DNA of 64,000 bases from Eledone cirrhosa (GCA_964016885.1 CAXHJY010000988.1:62001-126000); one strand, 5' to 3'. Shown: positions 37,891 through 54,500, counted from the first letter of the stretch. Notes: a model not told the origin generated them from the letters alone. A program made the numbers and translations.

Positions 37891-38409
37891 ATATATATAT
37901 ATATTTTTATATATATATTTTTATGTGTGTTTGGTTTATACATTCGTATGCGTGCGGGTACAGGCGTTGCGTGGGTTCTGTATGTGCGTGCGGGGTTTTT
38001 TGTTTTGTTTTTTTGTCTACGTGCGTGTATTTGTATATCTATGGCTAGTGTTTTCGCGTATGCTTGTGTATGTACGTATATGGATGCGTGTATGTATTTA
38101 TTTAATTTCAATTACCTCTGTAATTTATTTACTTTATTCTTAACCCTGAAGCCGAGAATCATTCGGTTTCCTAGTTAGAATTTTAGTCTACGACTTCAGT
38201 TATACCATTTTACCAGTTATACCATGGTTTTGTCTTTGCGTGAAATTGTTCTCCCCGCTCCACATATGACGTATTATCTTCGTTTTTTCCGTTCATTGCC
38301 AGAGAACGTCTCTATGAACCACCTAATAGAATATTAGTGTACGACTTCTTTTATACCATAAACGTGATTTTGTCATTGCGTGTAATGGTTTTTCACCGCT
38401 CCAAATAAT

Positions 38410-38517
38410 TGTTTCTACTTTAGGCACAAGGCCAGCAATTACCCAGTTCATTACTGGTACTTTATTTTATCGACCCCGTAAGGATGAAAGGCAAAGTCAA
38501 CCTCGGCGGGATTTGAA
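38410..38517 (-). mobile_element. 5'-truncated family A SINE with 11-bp TSD
   Basis: ctccaaataat at 38399 and 38518. Confidence 0.85.
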
Positions 38518-38659
38518 CTCCAAATAATGACGTATTATATTCGTTTTTTCCCGTTCTTTGCCAGGGAACGTTTCCACGAACCAAAGTATCATCTTTCTGT
38601 CTTCCTCCGGTTGCAACGTTTTTTGAAATATTCACTTCTGCGTTCACAGATTGACTTTG

Positions 38660-39642
38660 GTAGTTTCAGAAGATCTCGTTAAGGGTGAAAGCAGCGATTC
38701 TTTGCTTAAACTTTAATCTGTTATTTTAATAAATATTTGCTCTACGGTTCTTATATATTTGATATATATTTATCCTTATCGAGCCCTCTTTGGATTTTAG
38801 TCTTCAAATTTATTATTATTACTATTTGGCTCCCTCGGTTGAGCACTCTGTTGACTTATATTCAACATGCAGAAACAACATCTGAATATTTCTACAAAGA
38901 ACATACCCGTACCAAGCAGGAAAACATACCTAAAACTCCTGATGCAGAAAACAGACGCATTCATTAAAAGGTTGCGTTGGCGTGCCTTTTATCTCGATAA
39001 TCAGGGAAAAGCAGACAACAAACAGGATAAATTTGGGTTTAAAACCTATAATAACCCTCCGAGTAACCCGGCATTGCTACCCTTCGAAAATGATGTCTTG
39101 GAACTCATACGGAGTATCAAATTTCGGAATAGGAGCAATTCCTTCCAGCAGGACCTGAAGAATAGAATCCATTCTATTAAGGATTCTAATGCCGTGCACG
39201 TCCATTCCGACAAAACTGGCAACCTATATCAAGTGGAGCGCAGTACTTACCATCAACTGCTACATAATGCTGTAACTAAGGATTACCGTAAAACTAATCG
39301 GAGCGTCATTAATGAAATCAACGATGCTGGGTTTAAAATCACCTCTGATCTCAACATCCTGGACCGGATTGAACCTCTGGACCCTATTTCTCCCCACTTT
39401 ACCCTGAAGGATCACAAACCCAATTTCACTAACAACCCCTCTATTCGGCTTATTAACCCTACGAAGTCCCATTTAGGTAGACTTAGTAAAAGGATTCTTG
39501 ATAGAATTATACCTGAAATTAGAAGTTTGACCCCTCTTGCACTGTGGAACAATTCTTTCGCGGTGATTGATTGGTTCAGCGGCATATACAACAAGGAACA
39601 TTGTCGTTTTATTTAATTCGACATCAATAATTATTACTCCTC
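38660..39642 (+). pseudogene. PLE 5' region and N-terminal ORF (YRDD family of 9866-11005)
   Basis: ORF 38867-39616 STKNIP..RLRWRAF..FGFKT..SDKTGNLY..LKDHKPNF..RLINP; stop at FI*FD; truncated. Confidence 0.85.
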
Positions 39643-40379
39643 TTAATGGTGAAATATATTTCTTTAATGAAATATATACAAGGAAGATTAATCATTTTTA
39701 AAAGGTAATATTTGAAGTTCTTGTTAAACTTTAATTAGTTACCTACCTAGCTGTGTGTGCTTACACACTTTACAAATTATCCCCTGTGATTGTTTCATGT
39801 GTTTATTTTAGATATATATATATGTCAATCAATTTTTAGTTGATATAAAATGCTCGGATCTATTCATTGGAATCTTTGAGCTTATTCTACGGTGGATATG
39901 GCGCATGTCTCGGACATGACCCTTAATTTAATTTAATTTTGGATATATACACAGCCCCTTAATTGTAGAGCTAACTCAGTTGAAAGGACTCAGCTGCTAT
40001 TTCTAGCTGTCGATAACCCTATTTGTGCCACTGGGATGACGCTGGCACGATGTGTGTAGTTTTAAAAATGCAACACGTGCGACGGGTAATTCGCAGATTT
40101 GCATTTGCTATGTTAACACAGATAGTTAAATCTTCTCCCTTGCTGAAGATCTGGGATTTGACTACTGTGAGTTTACGGATTAATGGTGAAATATATTTCT
40201 TTAATGAAATATATACAAGGAAGATTAATCATTTTTAAAAGGTAATATTTGAAGTTTTAGTTAAACTTTAATTAGTTACCTACCTAGCTGTGTGTGGTTA
40301 CACACTATACAAATTATCCCCATGTGATTGTTTCATGTGTTTATTTTAAATATATATATATATGTCAATCAATTTTTAG

Positions 40380-40387
<8 letters not shown>
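39643..40387 (+). mobile_element. Non-coding 537-bp-period retrozyme-like element
   Basis: Direct repeats 39643-39847 and 40180-40387; HHR spans the repeat start; ends in (TA)n. Confidence 0.75.
40129..40226 (+). ncRNA. Type I hammerhead ribozyme with full-length stem III
   Basis: aatctt-ctc-ccttg CTGAAGA ...GAAA [tatatttc/gaaatata] TA caagg-aagatt; stem II pairing is weak. Confidence 0.75.
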
Positions 40388-40444
<57 letters not shown>

Positions 40445-40499
40445 AATATATATAGAAAATATTTCAAAATTATGGTTAGAGGACTGTAATAAGGAAGAA

Positions 40500-43400
40500 T
40501 TAAAATCCCTTCAACGCTGGGAAATAAACGAAACCTGGTTCTCTAACTATGAAACACTTTTCCAAAAGAACACACATCCAAGACCCCCTTCATTAAAACC
40601 ATAATAACAAGAAAACTCAATCAACACCCGAACACCACACAACAACCACCAACAACAAAAAACAATACCTCCTTACATACCAAAAAAAGAAGGTATCACC
40701 TCGCCCCTACATACTCCCCAAAGGTCTAAAATTTACACCAACTTCCCAACAACCAAACTACCCCAAAATGAAGGAAGATATTGCAGAATTCTGTAGAAAA
40801 CTAAGACTCAGAGAACAACTATCCGACAGATACAATGAGGATGACCCAATAGCCAGAAATAGAAGCAACTACACACCCCACCAAAAGTCAAGAACAAATT
40901 CCTCGATCAATTCTGCGAACACATTACTAATTACCCATACCACCACCTACACAGACCTAAACAAAAACCAAACCTAAGCAAAAAGAATGGAATGTTCTTA
41001 ACAGTCTAAACAACGACAAAACCCTAACAATCAAAGAGGCAGATAAAGGGAGTGCAGTAGTCCTTATGGAGACAGATTACTACACGACTCTAGTACTCTC
41101 AACTCTAGAAAACCAAACATATTACGAAAAGGCCCAACACTACACAGAACAGAAAATAATGAGAAACCTAAAATACCTAACAACCCTTTACAAAGAAGGC
41201 CTTACAGACAAGGAATACAACTACATCACCAATTTCAAAAGCAGAACCAGCCTCTTCTACGGTATCCCAAAGTTACACAAAAGCGAAGTAATAGGCAGGG
41301 CCTACAAGGAAGCTGCAGACGTTTACATCAATATAGCCCCTCCTGATGACCTTAAATTAAGACCCATAATAGCAGGCACCACATGTGAAACCCACCGCCT
41401 AAGCAACTTCCTAAATATTCTGCTTAAACCTTTCCTAAAACACATAAAAAGCTCCATAAAGGACGACCTTGACATACTCAACCACCTCCCAACAACACTC
41501 AATAATGAACATACCCTACTAGTAACCTTTGATGTCATCAATTTATATTCCAATATCCCACACAACCTAGGTATAGAGGCGATACAATTCTGGATGGAAA
41601 ATTTCCCTAGGGAACTTCCACAGCGCATCCCTAAAGAATTTGTGTTGGAGGGACTCAAATTCATCTTGGAAAATAACTTCTTCGAATTCAATGCCAAATA
41701 CTACAGACAGAAATCTGGGACTGCCATGGGTACGAAGGTAGCCCCCTCATACGCCAACCTTGTCATGGGATATTTGGAAACCACTCTCTACCAACACATA
41801 GAAAAGAACTGGAAGAGATATCTGGACGACTGCTTCATCCTCTGCCATGAAAGTATAGATAGACTGATTGAGTTCAAAACCCTTCTGAATGAGCTCAACA
41901 CAAACTTACAATTCACAATGGATTACAGCCATGAACAACTCCCTTTCCTCGACATCCTCATCAAGAAAACAAGCAACAAAATAGAAACAGACATATACTA
42001 CAAACCCACAGACTCCAAACAATACCTCCCATGCCACCCTAGACACACTAAAATGGCAATTCCTTATAACCTAGCCAGAAGGATCTGCACAATAGTTTCA
42101 GATAAATACACATGCTACACACGACTAGAAGAATTAAAAACACACTTATCAGCAGAAACTACCTACCATCTCTAATCAACAATGGATTCCAACGTGCCCT
42201 AAAACTAGACATGCAGGAACTCAGAAACCCCAAACCCAGGAATGAACCGCAACAAAAAACTCTACCATACATCTCCACACACAACCCCCTCAACAATGAG
42301 GCATTCGACTCCATCCTCCAGAACATTCCTTTACTAAAAAGATACCCAAGAATGAACAAAATCCTCCAAACACACAACATCATAAAGAGCAAAAGACAAC
42401 CTAAATCCATAAAAAACATCCTCACACAAGCCAAAATCCAACAAACCCTCACAATGAACCCTACAGTAACAAAATGCGGAAGGCCCAACTGTGACATATG
42501 CATAAATCTAATAGAAGGTTCAACATTCCATTTTAAACAAGGACAACATTTCACAGTTAAACACAACTTTACATGTGCATCTGAAAACCTAATCTATGTT
42601 TTGACCTGCTCAGGTTGTCAAGAGCACTACATAGGACAGACAAAAAACAGCCTCCGTCAACATATGACCGTCCATAAATCACAAATTAAAATACAGGAAT
42701 ACAGAAAGATTGCATTTAGTGAACATATCGCCAATTGTGCTCTCAACCAACATCCAAACTTTAAAATTTTCCCCAATTACAAATTCATAGACAACGATAC
42801 TTTCATCCATCGTACCAATAAGGAAACATATTTCATAAACAAATTCCAACCTTTACTTAATGCACTAAAAATCGGACCAAACTAAAACTGCAACAAACAA
42901 TCAAACATTTACAAGAGTTACCTCCCTCAAACCCTACCTAATCCTTTTTCTTAAATAAATTAAATATCATCCAGCAAGAATTGCTTCCCCCTGCATATTA
43001 ACTCTCTAAAAAGGGAAATCATATCAAACCTCAGTCCACCATTTGCCTCCATCATGGAATCATGGGTCAACTAAGCACTCTTGCTATATTAATACATTTT
43101 GATCTGCTTAACTTCAAGAACTATGCCTGTAAATAACATTATTTTTCCTTTCACATTGACTTTTTATGCCCTACATTACGTCCGTTTTTTTTCTTTTTTC
43201 TTTTTTCTTTTTTCTTTTTTCTTTTTTCTTTTTTCTTTTTTTCTTTTTTCTTTTTTCTTTTTTCTTTTTCTTTTTTCTTTTTTCTTTTTTCTTTTTTTCT
43301 TTTTTCTTTTTTCTTTTTTCTTTTTTTCTTTTTTCTTTTTTCTTTTTTCTTTTTTCTTTTTTCTTTTCACTTCATAAACCTTGTTTGTAAATAACATTAT

Positions 43401-43600
43401 TCTTTCTGCACCTTCTCTTTAACATGTGCGACACCACACTAATACATTTCACTATCATTTGATAATGCATAAAAATGCTGAATCCGGTAATAGACAATTA
43501 TTAAATATATAAATAGATAAATACATGCCATTGTTAAATAATAAATAAATCAACTAATACCTTAACACTTCACACAAAGTAAAACATTTCGTTTTAATCA
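40500..43600 (+). mobile_element. Neptune-type Penelope-like element, near full length, frameshifted
   Basis: KGLKFTPT, EADKGSAVV, FYGIPKLHK, RPII, FDVINLYSNIP, GTAMGT, RYLDD, LPFLD, CGRPNCDIC linker, NLIYVLTC..YIGQT GIY-YIG; decayed HHR at ~43452-43493. Confidence 0.92.
43185..43370. repeat. (CT5-7)n polypyrimidine tract in the PLE 3' UTR
   Basis: Direct reading. Confidence 0.9.
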
Positions 43601-43689
43601 TTTTCTAACCCAGAAAAAAGAGAGAGAAATAAAAAAGGAAAACAATATATTTTTCTTCCTAATAATTGTCTCTTTATCCCTGTTTCCAT

Positions 43690-44470
43690 ATATATTTTTT
43701 TTGACACAAAAACAAGATGGCGTAGGACAGAACAAAGGAGAGGCACAAAAACAAAGAAAAGAATCCCCAGTCACTGAAGAGGTCACAGAATGTGTGACGA
43801 AAGAACTTTGACAATATATGAAAAATCGTCGGGTTGTGGAACCAACCAACCGGAAATTTATAAATTCCTAAATTTATAATAAATTGAAGTGAAAGCAACT
43901 GGTGCGTGTGTTTCTTATTGGCAACATGACCCTCCCAAAGTATAACAATATCGGTTTCAACACACGTTTTCAGATAAAGAATCTCGCTAAACAAATTCAA
44001 AATCGACACACACACATATATATATATATTGTTATTCTTTGGTAGGGTCATGTTGCCAATAAGAAACACACGCACCAGTTGCTTTCACTCCAATTTATTA
44101 TAAATTAAATTTATAAATTTAAGAATTTATAAATTTCCGGTTGGTTGGTTGGTTCCGGACGGTTGTTCATATATTGTCAAAGTTCTTTCGTCACACATTT
44201 TGTGACCTCTTCAGTGACTGGGGATTCTTCTCTTTGTTTTGTGCCTCTCCTTTGTTCTGTCCTACGCCATCTTGTTTTCTGTCCTATGCCTATCTTTTTT
44301 TACACACAAAAACAAGATGGCTTATGCACTCTGGTGATGTCCAGCAGAAGCAAGATGGTCAGTTAAGCCTGAAATGCATAGACGGTTGTCCCCCTTTCTT
44401 CTGCTGGACATCACCAGAGGGCGTTAGCTCCGCCCCCCTCTCCTGTGGTTGCATAGCTACGACTTCTTAA
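43690..44470. mobile_element. Family B terminal repeats tail-to-tail around (CA)/(TA)n, plus a chimeric half-HHR fragment
   Basis: 43700-44003 plus, 44026-44280 minus; HHRs at 43770-43812 (+) and 44176-44218 (-). Confidence 0.8.
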
Positions 44471-44591
44471 AACCGTATTTGGATATACAAAATATTTATA
44501 CATATATATTTGTATATATATATAATATTGTATACATCCACAATATATATCACTTAACACTACTTAAACACACACACACACACACATATAC

Positions 44592-44644
<53 letters not shown>

Positions 44645-44954
44645 ATATTATATACACACATATATGTATGTGAGTAGGTCAGAATATTTTAAATCCACAA
44701 TACAGATTTGTACACAAACAGGTGTAGATACATATGCATGACACATTTTCTCATATTTGTCTCTCTCATCCTTTTTATACATCCTTTATTACCACCTTTC
44801 TCTCTCTTAAACACAAATATGTCTCTCTCATCCCCCTCTCTCCCTCCTCTCTTTCTTTTCTCCCTCCTTCTCTCCTTCTCTCTCCTTTAAACACAAACAT
44901 ATCTCTCTCATACTCTTTCTCCATCCTTTATCCTCCTCTCTCTCTCTCTCCCTT

Positions 44955-44986
<32 letters not shown>

Positions 44987-45596
44987 AACACAAACATCTA
45001 TCTATGCTCATAGTAACTGGCAAAGATTTATCATTTTTAAAAATCTACGACAGACTAATATTTGATCTGTTAAGTTACTAATTCAATGGAATCTGTAAGC
45101 CACTTTCCTGAAACAAGATGCAAAAATATATATTAATAGTGTAAAGTGCTCTGCAACCTATATTTCAAGTACAATGGAAAAAAACTAAAAGAAAGAAGGG
45201 TTCCAGTTCTTTGCAAAAGAGATCAATAAGCGATTGAGAAATCTACAATTGTTATAGCTATCCTATATGTGCATCTATGATTTTTATTACTCCTGATTTG
45301 GTGCCAACTTTAAAATATTCTAAACTACTTCCGATTCAACTGTGTTTCCTGGATTTTACAAGGCAGACCATTCAAGTGAAAAACTCCACCAACTTACCTC
45401 CCATCAGACAAACCAATATTACAGTCTATGCTGCACTTCAGACACTATTATTGCCAGCCAAAATAACTGTAATCTTCCCTGCAAGTCGTGTCATTTAACT
45501 GTCATGCTATCTAAAGAAATTCACTGTCTTATTAAATAAAAGGTGATGTTGTTATCCTACATATACTTTCTCAATACTAAACAGTCTTCAATAAAA

Positions 45597-48500
45597 ATCA
45601 TTACTGTCATTACTATTATCATTACTATCATTACTATCATGACTATTACCATTACTATCATTACTATCATTACTATTACCATTACTATCATTACTATCAT
45701 TACTATTACCATTACTATCATTACTATCATTACTATCATTACTATCATTACTATCATTACTATTACCATTACTATCATTACTGTCATTACTATCATTACT
45801 ATCATTACTATCATTACTATCATTACTATCATTACTATCATTACTATCATTACTATCATTACTATTACCATTACTATCATTACTATCATTACTATTACCA
45901 TTACTATCATTACTATCATTACTATTACCATTACTATCATTACTATCATTACTATCATTACTATTACCATTACTATCATTACTATCATTACTATCATTAC
46001 TATCATTACTATCATTACTATCATTACTATCATTACTATCGTGACTATTACCATTACTATCATTACTATCATTACTATTACCATTACTATCATTACTATC
46101 ATTACTATTACCATTACTATCATTACTATCATTACTATCATTACTATTACCATTACTATCATTACTATCATTACTATCATTACTATCATTACTATCATTA
46201 CTATCATTACTATCATTACTATCATTACTATCATTACTATCATTACTATTACCATTACTATCATTACTATCATTACTATTACCATTACTATCATTACTAT
46301 CATTACTATTACCATTACTATTACCATTACTATCATTACTATCATTACTATCATTACTATCATTACTATCATTACTATTATTACTATCATTATTATTATT
46401 ACTATCATTACTATCATTACTATTATTACTATCATTACTTTTATTACTATCATTACTATCATTACTATTATTACTATCATTACTATTATTACTATCATTA
46501 CTATCATTACTATTATTACTATCATTACTATTATTACTATTATTACTATTATTACTATCATTACTATCATTACTATTATTACTATCATTACTATCATTAC
46601 TATTATTACTATCATTACTATCATTACTATCATTACTATCACTACTATCATTACTATCATTACTATCATTACTATTATTACTATCATTACTATCATTACT
46701 ATCATTACTATTATTACTATCATTACTATCATTACTATTATTACTATCATTACTATTATTACTATCATTACTATCATTACTATTATTACTATCATTACTA
46801 TCATTACTATTATTACTATCATTACTATTATTACTATCATTACTATCATTACTATCATTACTATTATTACTATCATTACTATTATTACTATTATTACTAT
46901 CATTGCTATTATTACTATCATCACTATCATTACTATCATTACTATTATTACTATTATTACTATTATTACTATTATTACTATCATTGCTATTATTACTATC
47001 ATCACTATCATTACTATTATTACTATCATTACTATCATTACTATTATTACTATCATTACTAGTATTACTATCATTACTAGTATTACTATCATTACTATTA
47101 TTACTATCATTACTATCATTACTATAATTAATATTATGAATATTATTACTATCATTACTATCATTACTATCATTACTATCATTACTATCATTACTATTAT
47201 TACTATCATTGCTATTATTACTATCATTACTATTATTACTATCATTACTATCATTACTATCATTACTATCATTACTATTATTACTATCATTACTATCATT
47301 ACTATTATTACTATCATTACTATCATTACTATTATTACTATCATTACTATCATTACTATCACTACTATCATTACTATCATTACTATCATTACTATTATTA
47401 CTATCATTACTATCATTACTATCATTACTATTATTACTATCATTACTATCATTACTATTATTACTATCATTACTATTATTACTATCATTACTATCATTAC
47501 TATTATTACTATCATTACTATCATTACTATTATTACTATCATTACTATCATTACTATCATTACTATCATTACTATCATTACTATTATTACTATTATTACT
47601 ATCATTGCTATTATTACTATCATCACTATCATTACTATTATTACTATCATTACTATCATTACTATTATTACTATTATTACTATCATTACTATTATTACTA
47701 TCATTACTATCATTACTATCATTACTATTATTACTATCATTGCTATTATTACTATTATTACTATCATTGCTATTATTACTATCATCACTATCATTACTAT
47801 TATTACTATCATTACTATCATTACTATCATTACTATTATTACTATCATTACTATTATTACTATCATTACTATTATTACTATCATTACTATCATTACTATT
47901 ATTACTATAATTACTATTATTACTATCATTACTATCATTACTATTATTACTATCATTACTATCATTACTATTATTACTATTATTACTATCATTACTATCA
48001 TTACCATTATTACTATCATTACTATCATTACTATCATTACTATCATTACTATCATTACTATCATTACTATTATTACTATCATTACTATTATTACTATCAT
48101 TACTATCATTACTATTATTACTATCATTACTATCATTACTATTATTACTATCATTACTATCATTACTATCATTACTATCATTACTATCATTACTATTATT
48201 ACTATTATTACTATCATTGCTATTATTACTATCATCACTATCATTACTATTATTACTATCATTACTATCATTACTATTATTACTATTATTACTATCATTA
48301 CTATTATTACTATCATTACTATCATTACTATCATTACTATTATTACTATCATTGCTATTATTACTATTATTACTATCATTGCTATTATTACTATCATCAC
48401 TATCATTACTATTATTACTATCATTACTATCATTACTATCATTACTATTATTACTATCATTACTATTATTACTATCATTACTATTATTACTATCATTACT

Positions 48501-51500
48501 ATCATTACTATTATTACTATAATTACTATTATTACTATCATTACTATCATTACTATTATTACTATCATTACTATCATTACTATTATTACTATTATTACTA
48601 TCATTACTATCATTACTATTATTACTATCATTACTATTATTACTATCATTACTATCATTACTATTATTACTATTATTACTATCATTGCTATTATTACTAT
48701 CATCACTATCATTACTATTATTACTATCATTACTATTATTACTATCATTACTATCATTAATATTATTACTATTATTACTATCATCACTATTATTACTATC
48801 ATTACTATCATTACTATCATTACTATTATTACTATCATTGCTATTATTACTATTATTACTATCATTGCTATTATTACTATCATCACTATCATTACTATTA
48901 TTACTATCATTACTATCATTACTATCATTACTATTATTACTATCATTACTATTATTACTATCATTACTATCATTACTATTATTACTATCATTACTATCAT
49001 TACTATCATTACTATCATTACTATTATTACTATCATTACTATTATTACTATCATTACTATCATTACTATCATTACTATCATTACTATTATTGCTATTATT
49101 ACTATCATTACTATTATTACTATCATTACTATTATTACTATCATTACTATTATTACTATTATTACTATCATTACTATTATTACTATCATTACTATTATTA
49201 CTATTATTACTATCATTACTATCATTACTATCATTACTATTATTACTATCATTACTATCATTACTATTATTACTATCATTACTATCATTACTATTATTAC
49301 TATCATTACTATCATTACTATCATTACTATCACTACTATCATTACTATCATTACTATCATTACTATTATTACTATCATTACTATCATTACTATCATTACT
49401 ATTATTACTATCATTACTATCATTACTATTATTACTATCATTACTATCATTACTATTATTACTATCATTACTATCATTACTATTGTTACTATCATTACTA
49501 TCATTACTATCATTACTATCATTACTATCATTACTATCATTACTATTATTACTATTATTACTATCATTGCTATTATTACTATCATCACTATCATTACTAT
49601 TATTACTATCATTACTATCATTACTATTATTACTATTATTACTATTATTACTATCATTGCTATTATTACTATCATCACTATCATTACTATTATTACTATC
49701 ATTACTATTATTACTATCATTACTAGTATTACTATCATTACTAGTATTACTATCATTACTATCATTACTATAATTAATATTATTACTATCATTACTAACA
49801 TTACTATCATTACTATCATTACTATCATTACTATCATTACTATTATTACTATCATTACTATTATTACTATCATTACTATTATTACTATCATTACTATTAT
49901 TACTATTATTACTATCATTACTATCATTACTATCATTACTATTATTACTATCATTACTATCATTACTATTATTACTATCATTACTATCATTACTATTATT
50001 ACTATCATTACTATCATTACTATCATTACTATCACTACTATCATTACTATCATTACTATCATTACTATTATTACTATCATTACTATCATTACTATCATTA
50101 CTATTATTACTATCATTACTATCATTACTATCATTACTATTATTACTATCATTGCTATTATTAATATTATTACTATCATTGCTATTATTACTATCATCAC
50201 TATCATTACTATTATTACTATCATTACTATCATTACTATCATTACTATTATTACTATCATTACTATTATTACTATCATTACTATTATTACTATCATTACT
50301 ATCATTACTATTATTACTATAATTACTATTATTACTATCATTACTATCATTACTATTATTACTATCATTACTATCATTACTATTATTACTATCATTACTA
50401 TCATTACGATTATTACTATCATTACTATAATTACTATCATTACTATCATTACTATCATTACTATCATTACTATCATTACTATTATTACTATCATTACTAT
50501 CATTACTATCATTACTATTATTACTATCATTACTATCATTACTATTATTACTATCATTACTATTATTACTATCATTACTATCACTACTATTATTACTATC
50601 ATTACTATTATTACTATTATTACTATCATTACTAGTATTACTATCATTACTATTATTACTATCATTACTATCATTACTATAATTACTATTATTACTATCA
50701 TTACTATTATTACTATCATTACTATTATTACTATCATTACTATCATTACTATCATTACTATCATTACTATCATTACTATCATTACTATCATTACTATCAT
50801 TACTATCATTGCTATTATTACTATCATTACTATCATTACTATTATTACTATCATTACTATTATTACTATCATTACTGTCATTACTATTATTACTATCATT
50901 ACTATTATTACTATTATTACTATCATTGCTATTATTACTATCATCACTATCATTGCTATTATTACTATCATCACTATCATTACTATTATTACTATCATTA
51001 CTATTATTACTATCATCACTATCATTACTATCATTACTATCATTACTATTATTACTATCATTGCTATTATTACTATTATTAGTATCATTGCTATTATTAC
51101 TATCATCACTATCATTACTATTATTACTATCATTACTATCATTACTATCATTACTATTATTACTATCATTACTATTATTACTATCATTACTATCATTACT
51201 ATTATTACTATCATTACTATTATTACTATCATTACTATCATTACTATTATTACTATCATTACTATTATTACTATCATTACTATCATTACTATTATTACTA
51301 TCATTACTATCATTACTATTATTACTATTATTACTATCATTACTATCATTACTATCACTACTATCACTACTATCATTACTATCATTACTATTATTACTAT
51401 CATTACTATCATTACTATTATTACTATTATTACTATCATTACTATCATTACTATTATTACTATCATTACTATTATTACTATCATTACTATCATTACTATT

Positions 51501-54500
51501 ATTACTATCATTACTATCATTACTATTATTACCATCATTACTATTATTACTATCATTACTATCATTACTATCATTACTATTATTACTATCATTACTATTA
51601 TTACTATTATTACTATCATTGCTATTATTACTATCATCACTATCATTACTATTATTACTATCATTACTATCATTACTATTATTACTATTATTACTATCAT
51701 TACTATTATTACTATCATTACTATCATTACTATCATTACTATTATTACTATCATTGCTATTATTACTATTATTACTATCATTGCTATTATTACTATCATC
51801 ACTATCATTACTATTATTACTATCATTACTATCATTACTATCATTACTATCATTACTATCATTACTATTATTACTATCATTACTATTATTACTATCATTA
51901 CTATCATTACTATTATTACTATTATTACTATCATTACTATCATTACCATTATTACTATCATTACTATCATTACTATCATTACTATCATTACTATTATTAC
52001 TATCATTACTATTATTACTATTATTACTATTATTACTATCATTACTATCATTACCATTATTACTATCATTACTATCATTACTATCATTACTATTATTACT
52101 ATCATTACTATCATTACTATTATTACTATCATTACTATCATTACTATCATTTCTATTATTACTATCATTACTATCATTACTATTATTACTATCATTACTA
52201 TTATTACTATCATTACTATCATTACTATTATTACTATTATTACTATCATTACTAGTATTACTATCATTACTATTATTACTATCATTACGATCATTACTAT
52301 AATTACTATTATTACTATCATTACTATCATTACTATCATTACTATCATTACTATCATTACTATTATTACTATCATTACTATTACTATCATTACTATCATT
52401 ACTATCATTACTATCTTTACTATCATTACTATCATTACTATCATTACTATCATTACTATCATTACTATCATTACTATCATTACTATCATTACTATCATTA
52501 CTATCATTACTATTATTACTATCATTACTATCATTACTATTATTACTACCATTACTATTATTACTATCATTACTAGTATTACTATCATTACTATTATTAC
52601 TATCATTACTATCATTACTATAATTACTATTATTACTATCATTACTATCATTACTATTATTACTATCATTACTATTATTACTATCATTACTATCATTACT
52701 ATTATTATTATCATTACTATCATTACTATTATTACTATTATTACTATCATTACTATTATTACTATCATTACTATCATTACTATCATTACTATCATTACTA
52801 TCATTACTATCATTACTATCATTACTATCATTACTATCATTACTGTCATTACTATTATTACTATCATTACTATTATTACTATTATTACTATCATTGCTAT
52901 TATTACTATCATCACTATCATTACTATCATTACTATCATTACTATCATTACTATTATTACTATTATTACTATCATTACTATTATTACTATCATTACTATC
53001 ATTACTATCATTACTATTATTACTATCATTGCTATTATTACTATTATTACTATCATTGCTATTATTACTATCATCACTATCATTACTATTATTACTATCA
53101 TTACTATCATTACTATCATTACTATTATTACTATCATTACTATTATTACTATCATTACTATCATTACTATTATTACTATCATTACTATTATTACTATCAT
53201 TACTATCATTACTATTATTACTATCATTACTATTATTACTATCATTACTATCATTACTATTATTACTATCATTACTATCATTACTATTATTACTATTATT
53301 ACTATCATTACTATCATTACTATCATTACTATCATTACTATCATTACTATTATTACTATCATTACTATCATTACTATCATTACTATTATTACTATCATTA
53401 CTATCATTACTATCATTACTATCATTACTATTATTACTATCATTACTATTATTACTATCATTACTATCATTACTATTATTACTATCATTACTATTATTAC
53501 TATTATTACTATCATTACTAGTATTACTATCATTACTATTATTACTATCATTACTATCATTACTATCATTACTATCATTACTATCATTACTATTATTACT
53601 ATCATTACTATCATTACTATTACTATCATTACTATTATTACTATCATTACTATCATTACTATTATTACTATCATTACTATTATTACTATTATTACTATCA
53701 TTACTAGTATTACTATCATTACTATTATTACTATCATTACTATAATTACTATTATTACTATCATTACTATCATTACTATTATTACTATCATTACTATTAT
53801 TACTAGCATTACTATTATTACTATCATTACTATTATTACTATCATTACTATCATTACTATCATTACTATAATTACTATTATTACTATCATTACTATCATT
53901 ACTATCATTACTATTATTACTATCATTACTATCATTACTACCATTACTATCATTACTATTATTACTATCATTACTATCATTACTATTATTACTATCATTA
54001 CTATCATTACTATTATTACTATCATTACTATCATTACTATTATTACTATCATTACTATTATTACTATCATTACTATTATTACTAACATTACTATTATTAC
54101 TATCATTACTATCATTACTATCATTACTATCATTACTATTATTACTATCATTACTATCATTACTATTATTACTATCATTACTATAATTACTATTATTACT
54201 ATCATTACTATCATTACTATTATTACTATCATTACTATTATTACTATCATTACTATTATTACTATCATTACTATCATTACTATTATTACTATCATTACTA
54301 TTATTACTATCATTGCTATTATTACTATTATTACTATCATTGCTATTATTACTATCATCACTATCATTACTATTATTACTATCATTCCTATCATTCCTAT
54401 CATTACTATCATTACTATTATTACTATCATTACTATTATTACTATCACTACTATTATTACTATCACTACTATTATTACTATCATTACTATTATTACTATC

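Noticed and set aside
45390-45515. Possible minus-strand host exon (tttag acceptor, GAG|GTAAGT donor)
   Set aside because: Stops in all three frames; a non-coding exon cannot be supported from sequence alone
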